Source of the DNA: Lepidodermella squamata | Taxonomy: Eukaryota > Animalia > Gastrotricha | NCBI GenBank assembly: GCA_047495785.1 | Contig: JBLDXI010000015.1 | Coordinates: forward strand, 1,860,001 to 1,924,000 | Length of the DNA: 64,000 nucleotides | Direction of reading: 5' to 3' | Shown here: positions 58,317-64,000 of the stretch, piece by piece | Layout of the letters: every line of letters begins with the position of its first letter | How positions within the stretch are numbered: position 1 is the stretch's first letter | Program-made: the position numbers and the translations under genes | The notes under the pieces: model-generated | Database searches by the model: none | What the model saw: only the letters and a program-made list of their open reading frames with translations | Told to the model about the DNA's origin: nothing

Positions 58317-61300
58317 TCAAATAAAAACTGATTCGATATTCGTTTCCAGGGGAGAATCGCGGTATTTTATCGCCGGCGAATGGGCCAGCGCCGTCATCAC
58401 AACCGGCTGCCGGGGCGGCGTCGCTGTTATAGCAACAATAGGCGGCGGAACAATAGTTATCGTAATATCAGGCTTATTCGACAGAAAATTCGCCTTCCTC
58501 GTGTTGGCCAGCGATTTTTCATGCGCCTTCTTCAAATGATGATTAATCACGGTTTCGTTAATACCAGACACCGACCCATTCGAATGGTCGTCCACCACGC
58601 CGGACGACAGCGATTGAACAGACGCGGCGTTACGCATGGGTGATTTCACGCACTGGCTACTGCGCGCAATATTTTTCGACCGCAACAGCGACGCGTGGCT
58701 ATTTTTCGAGAATTTTAAAGTCGAAGTCGCATTCGGTTTATGCCGCGCTAGTGTCGCGTAGCAAGGCACAGGTTGGCTGATGAACGACACGCGGTTCGTT
58801 GTCGAGTTATTTCGAGTCTCCAGAGCCGCGAGACTCGTGCAACTTTTACTGCCGGCGATTTTTTTCGACGCCGCATTCGCGCGAATCGACTTTAGATCTC
58901 GAAGTAGCTGCTTGAATGACGGCCGGTTTTCGGGCATAACCTGGAAGCATGACAGCATGATGCGGCACACGGCTGTAGGGCAGTCGCGTGGGCACTCTGG
59001 ATGCGCGCCGTTTTTCACCATTTCAAACACCTCGTGATTAGCCCGGCCGGCGTACGGCTGCCGGCCTAGCGAGAAAACTTCAAACATCAACACGCCGAAC
59101 GACCATATGTCGGATGGCGTAGTAAAAACGCCGTCGTTCAGCGACTCGGGCGCCATCCACCGCACGGGCATGAGGCCCTCGCCGACTTTACGGTAGCATT
59201 CATCTGTGGCATCCAACGCCCGCGCTAGGCCGAAGTCGCCGATTTTAACAACGCGCCGGCCGTCCGGCTGCAGGGTGACTAGGCAATTCCGCGCCGCTAT
59301 GTCGCGGTGGCAGAATCGCGATTTTTCCAGGTACCGACACCCGGCCGCTACGTCGATGCAAATGTCGAATAAGTCGTGAAGTTGTAGACACCCTGGCTCA
59401 GGTGCTCGCATTTGGTCGAGTGTAACCGAGTTCGATAGGCACTTTTCCGTCGCTGGCCTAGCCCGGCGGAGATACCCGAGTAAGTCGCCTTCGTTCATCA
59501 ATTCTAGAACCATAAGCGGCCAGGCTGTTAGTGGGCTGTGAGGCAGGCTGCTGTGAGGCGATGGCGCGACGCACATGCCGATAAGGCGGACGATGTTAGG
59601 GTGGTAAAAGTGGGACATTAAGGCGGCTTCCCGGCAGAACGCAGCGCGGCGATCGGTGTCAGCGTCGGGTTTTAACGTCTTCACGGCAACTTTTGTGAGG
59701 GTAGGTGCGGCATTGGTGTCTAGTACGGTAAGTTCGCCCTCATAGACCTCTCCGAAAGCTCCGGAGCCAAGAAATCGGGAAATTACGATTTGGTCGCGGT
59801 TAAGCCGTAACACGTTCGGAGGAAGGTGACTCAGCCAGTTTGTAAGACCTCTGCAAAATAATAATAAAAAATTAAAATTAAGTTTTTATAAGTATGCAAA
59901 TTTTTCAATTTGAAAAAATTTAAAATTTAAAAACTTCATATTTTTTCAAATTTTTTATTTCAAATTGTAATTTAATAATTTATGTAAAATTTCAATTTTT
60001 TCAAATTTTTTAATTTTCAATCGACATGTTAAATCTTACCCCGAAGTTTCGTAGATCTGGTTGGTCATTGTTAGAAATCGAAGAGGGAATCCTGGTTTGC
60101 TAAGATTTCCAACCGAGTTTCCTGTCATGTTATTTTCAACATCGAACGAAAACATTGACCCAATCGCGTTTCCAGTCGATGACGTAGCTGTGATCGGCGA
60201 AGTTTCAGGCGACAGGGTGGATAGAGACCACAGCCCGCCTGTAGTATGATGCCCCCGGCCCGCGTTCATCAGCGTCATAGTTGCGGCTTGGGCTGAATTT
60301 CCGCTTGAAGTTGTCGAATAAATCGGGTGGTTGCTGTTCAAACTCCGCGACCGGTCTGACGGGAAACCGAGGTTTTGAGGCGGGCAGCTTTGGAATTGGA
60401 AAATGTTCCGACTTCGGGACTTTCCGCCGAAGCAATTGGCGAAGCGGCACAATGACCGGCCCATGATAGTTTTGATTGATCCAAAGCGAGAATTGGGACG
60501 TCGGAAAACTAAAATTAAAAAAATTAAAAATTAAGAAAAATTATTGAAATTTGAATTTAAAAATTGAAATTAATTAAATTTGTCTGTCAATGATTTAAGA
60601 AATTTCAAAAAATATTTTGGAGAGACTTGGAGCTTTCAGAAAAAATTTATAAGTTTCAAATATTTCAAATTTTGAATTTTGAAAATTTTTGAAAAAATAA
60701 GGAAAAACGAACTTACAAATTACGAATGCAGATAAACTGAGGCAAAAAGCCATGACACTGACGCAGGAAATTAGGGCGATGAAACCAGTTGCGGCGACCA
60801 AACTCGAGCCATTCATAAGCCCTAGCACGTTCGTGCTCGTCTCAGCCAAATGAACCGTAACCGGGTCCGAGCAGTCACTCAGCCAAATTTGGTCATCAAA
60901 CGCGAGACTCAATCGAAACCAGTAGTGCCGGTCGATTTCGAACTGTTCATCGCTGAAGACGACACTGCGCTGCTCTGAAGTGATATTTGTGGCCACCAAA
61001 TTCGTAACGTTCGAAGTTTGATGACAAAGCGATGAATCATCGCTGTAGAGTAGTTTGTAATCTAGCGCCACGTTTTTTCTCGCCAAAATTCTCGCCGGAT
61101 CGTTGTGGGCCGAGAATAACAGGACGTCGATGCCACCCGGGCTGGTCCAAACCCGGGGCGGGTCGAGTTTGAACCCGCCGGTTTCGACGACTAAATTCGA
61201 ATATTTCGGGTATATGTAGTAGTTGTTACCGCCATAGTCGAGGACTAGGCAGAATCGGTAGAAAGTTTTAGGTTGCAGGTCATTGATGACTTTGATTAAA

Positions 61301-64000
61301 TCTTCGGATTGGCTGCAATTCGAAGCCCGGCAAAGGTCGATACGCTTCGTTGATTTCGCATCGGCTGACGTCACGGCTGGTGAGCAGAATCGAAGCGCTG
61401 AGGCGAGACCGTAGGCGATTGAGGCGGAAACTAGACTGGTTGTATCCGATGAAACAAAGGTTGATGGGCTGAACTTGAAGCCAAGTTTGGACCTTTCCAA
61501 AGCTCCTAGAAAAATTCAAAAAATGTCATTAAAAATGGAAAATAATAAGGCAACAATTAAATTTTAATTTTTTTTTAATTTCAAATGTCAAGAAAATTGA
61601 CATTTTAAAAGAGGATAGAAAATTGGAAAAATTCACAAATTTTTATTTTGAATTTTTTTCGAAAACAAAATGAGAAAAATGATAAATATTATGAAAAATG
61701 CACCTGGTAAGACGTTAAATTTTCCGACACTCGAAGTTTTACACCGAGCATAAACCGGTTGACTGGTTTCCGTGGGCGGGAAAAGCCGCGATCTTGCCAC
61801 CAATTTAAACTCGTAAAGTCGATCCGGCGTCAAATGCGTAACCGTAACAGGCTTCGCTCCATCGATTTCCATTGACCGGCTGACCAGTTTCTTGTCATTT
61901 TGCTCCGACGGCTCGAGCCACCTTAAAATGTACTCAACTTGATCAGCTGGGCCGTTCGCCGTGGCTGGTTGGCGCCATTCCAGGTAGATTTCTTCAGGCG
62001 TGACGCGATTACACCGAAACTGGCGCGGTTCACTGGGCGATGAGGGCTGGGTTCGGATCCTGCCCGAAAACCAAACGCGACTTTGGTTGAAAGTCGGCAT
62101 TTTCAACTCAATAACCAGCTCATATTCGCTAAATGGCTGTAGGTTGTTGAAAGTTGCAGTTCGATTTTCAGAGTTGAATCGCTGCTTTTGACAGATTTGA
62201 CGATCGCGGTGCGAGCAAAGTGAGGCGAAATCCGCCGATTTTCCAACAGGTAAAAGGTACAGATTCGAGGCGTAGAGGGCGAGGCGATTCAGAGCCGAAC
62301 CAGCAGAGCAATTTTTATTCGTCAGGTTGAGAAAAGAAATTGAAATCGAGTTGGAAATTGAGTAATTTTTAAATAAAATCTCAGCCGAGTTCAAGTCGAA
62401 ACAAGCGCGATTTTCTGAAAAAAAATTATTAAAAAAATTAAAATAAAAATAAATTTCATACCGTGGATTGAAATCACATTTTCATCGAAAATTGGCTGGC
62501 AATCTTGGGTGAATTCCTGGCGTTCGTTAGTTAGAATTCGATCAACAGCTTGGCCAATCGATGCATCGAAATCGGTCATCATTTTATTAGAAAGTAGGTC
62601 AAAAATCACCGCCCCACTCGGCGATTTAGCATTGCCAGACAGCACGAATAATAGTCTACAAAAAATTGTAAATATTTAGGAAAATAATAAAAAATATTTC
62701 TTTACCCAGCGGTGGAGTTGACTACAATGCGATTCCAAACTTGGTCGTTAAGCAGCGGATAGACCAAAGTTTCGCGGTTATTCCCAGCCGAATTTTTCCA
62801 AGCCGCGCTGTGAAGTTCGGCTCCACTTCGCGATGTTGAATCACTTTCCAGCCAAAACACGCGTTGAGAAATGAAATCAAAGCTCAACGAATGGCGGCGA
62901 GTTCTCGATAGAATCGGGCTGTCAACTAACAGCCGCGTTTCGCCGCTTGATGACACAGCGTAAATTCGACCTTTATCAGCATCGATCCAGGCTATGGATC
63001 CGTTTTGGTGAATTTCAGGCGTTATTGGTAAATAAATCGAAGATTCAGTTCGAAGACTGCCAACTGCGGCCATAAATTTCGTAAAATTTCTACGAATTGA
63101 GCCATCGTAACCGGACGATATTGCTAGAGACGAATTCCGCCAACATAAATTCAGAGGTTCGAATTTTAAATCTAGATGAAAAGAACTAAAATTAAAAAAA
63201 TTCAGGTAATTTTATTTTATTTTCTCACCTTGGGTGTTGATTTTGATTTTCGCAGGCTCCGAGCAGTTCCAAATATTGCAATTTTCTATTTTAGCGAGGT
63301 ATTTTCCCGGCTTCAGGGCCGTAAAAATTACTTCTTCCTTTGTTGTACTTTGATGTAAAAATTTATCAGGATCAGATTCAGGCACCAAAGCAACGCTCGT
63401 TACAGCTTGAAACAAAGTTGGCAGGCGCCATTTAATCGAAATTGATGATAACACATCGACGTTATGAAAGGCTTGGAAAGCTTGAACAGATATTGGAGCT
63501 AAAAAAATTAATTTAAATTTTTATTTCAAAATTTTCAAAATTTCAACTCACCAAATGGGCTTTGTTGGACGTAGACATTAGCCGGAATAGCGCAGTGCCA
63601 TTTCGAGCAAAGCCGAATCGCGATATGAAGCGCGACTGAATCGCCCATTTTCAAGTCGGAAATCAGTTGATTTTGCGTTAAAATCGTTGAAAAGTTGCTG
63701 TTCCGAGTTCGATAAAACAGCGCATTTCCGATATCGATGAGAAAAAACGTCGGTTCATGCGTGGCTTGGTCGTCGAAAAACCATTTACAGCTGACTTTCA
63801 CCGAAAAATCGGCACCAGGCTGGCATTGGCACCTGACTTGCTCCGTGAAGGTTGACTTGAGGAATAAATCATCCAATTTAGGCATGTGTGGTAGGACGGA
63901 GATACGAGTCAAGTCTTTTGAAGTAGGGTGACTACTGCACAGGCCGTCGACTTCAAATGTCAGAATTTGCGACAAATCGCCGATTCGAGGCGACTTTTTC
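58317..64000 (-). CDS. ROS1: ROS1/sevenless-family receptor tyrosine kinase, 3' part (5' end beyond the window)
   Basis: LGSGAFGEVYEG, VAVKTL, HRDIAARNCLV, DFGLAR, GEGLMPVRWMAPESL; upstream exons encode TM, FN3 repeats (LQPFSEY, W..P...NGP) and propeller-like segments. Confidence 0.85.

Overview
Eukaryotic, gene-dense invertebrate animal DNA. Introns are short GT-AG (about 45-70 nt in 25-51 kb; longer and AT-rich elsewhere), and unpaired polypyrimidine-AG acceptors lie just upstream of many start codons. Left to right: (1) a co-oriented minus-strand run, 0.2-9.5 kb: two CD164/porimin-like mucins, two GDP-fucose transporter-like SLC35C genes (one apparently nested on the same strand inside a mucin intron), three tandem ITPA paralogs with progressively altered base-recognition motifs, and NELF-B; (2) RB1CC1/FIP200, a two-BIR IAP, NUDT18 and an atypical class A peptide GPCR; (3) a glyco/secretory island, 24-51 kb: a GT-A-like gene, five STELLO/DUF288-like paralogs, two GDP-fucose-type fucosyltransferase-like genes, an SGLT-type SLC5 transporter, an ankyrin protein, and three paralogous secreted prepro-proteins with Lys-rich repeats interleaved with the STELLO-like genes; (4) a tandemly repeated 7-tRNA unit, 51-58 kb, interrupted by an intronless class C GPCR; (5) the 3' part of a ROS1/sevenless receptor kinase. 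The best candidates for new biology are the glyco-enzyme plus cationic prepro-protein cluster and the diverged ITPA triplet. All family calls come from motif recognition by eye; no database search was run.
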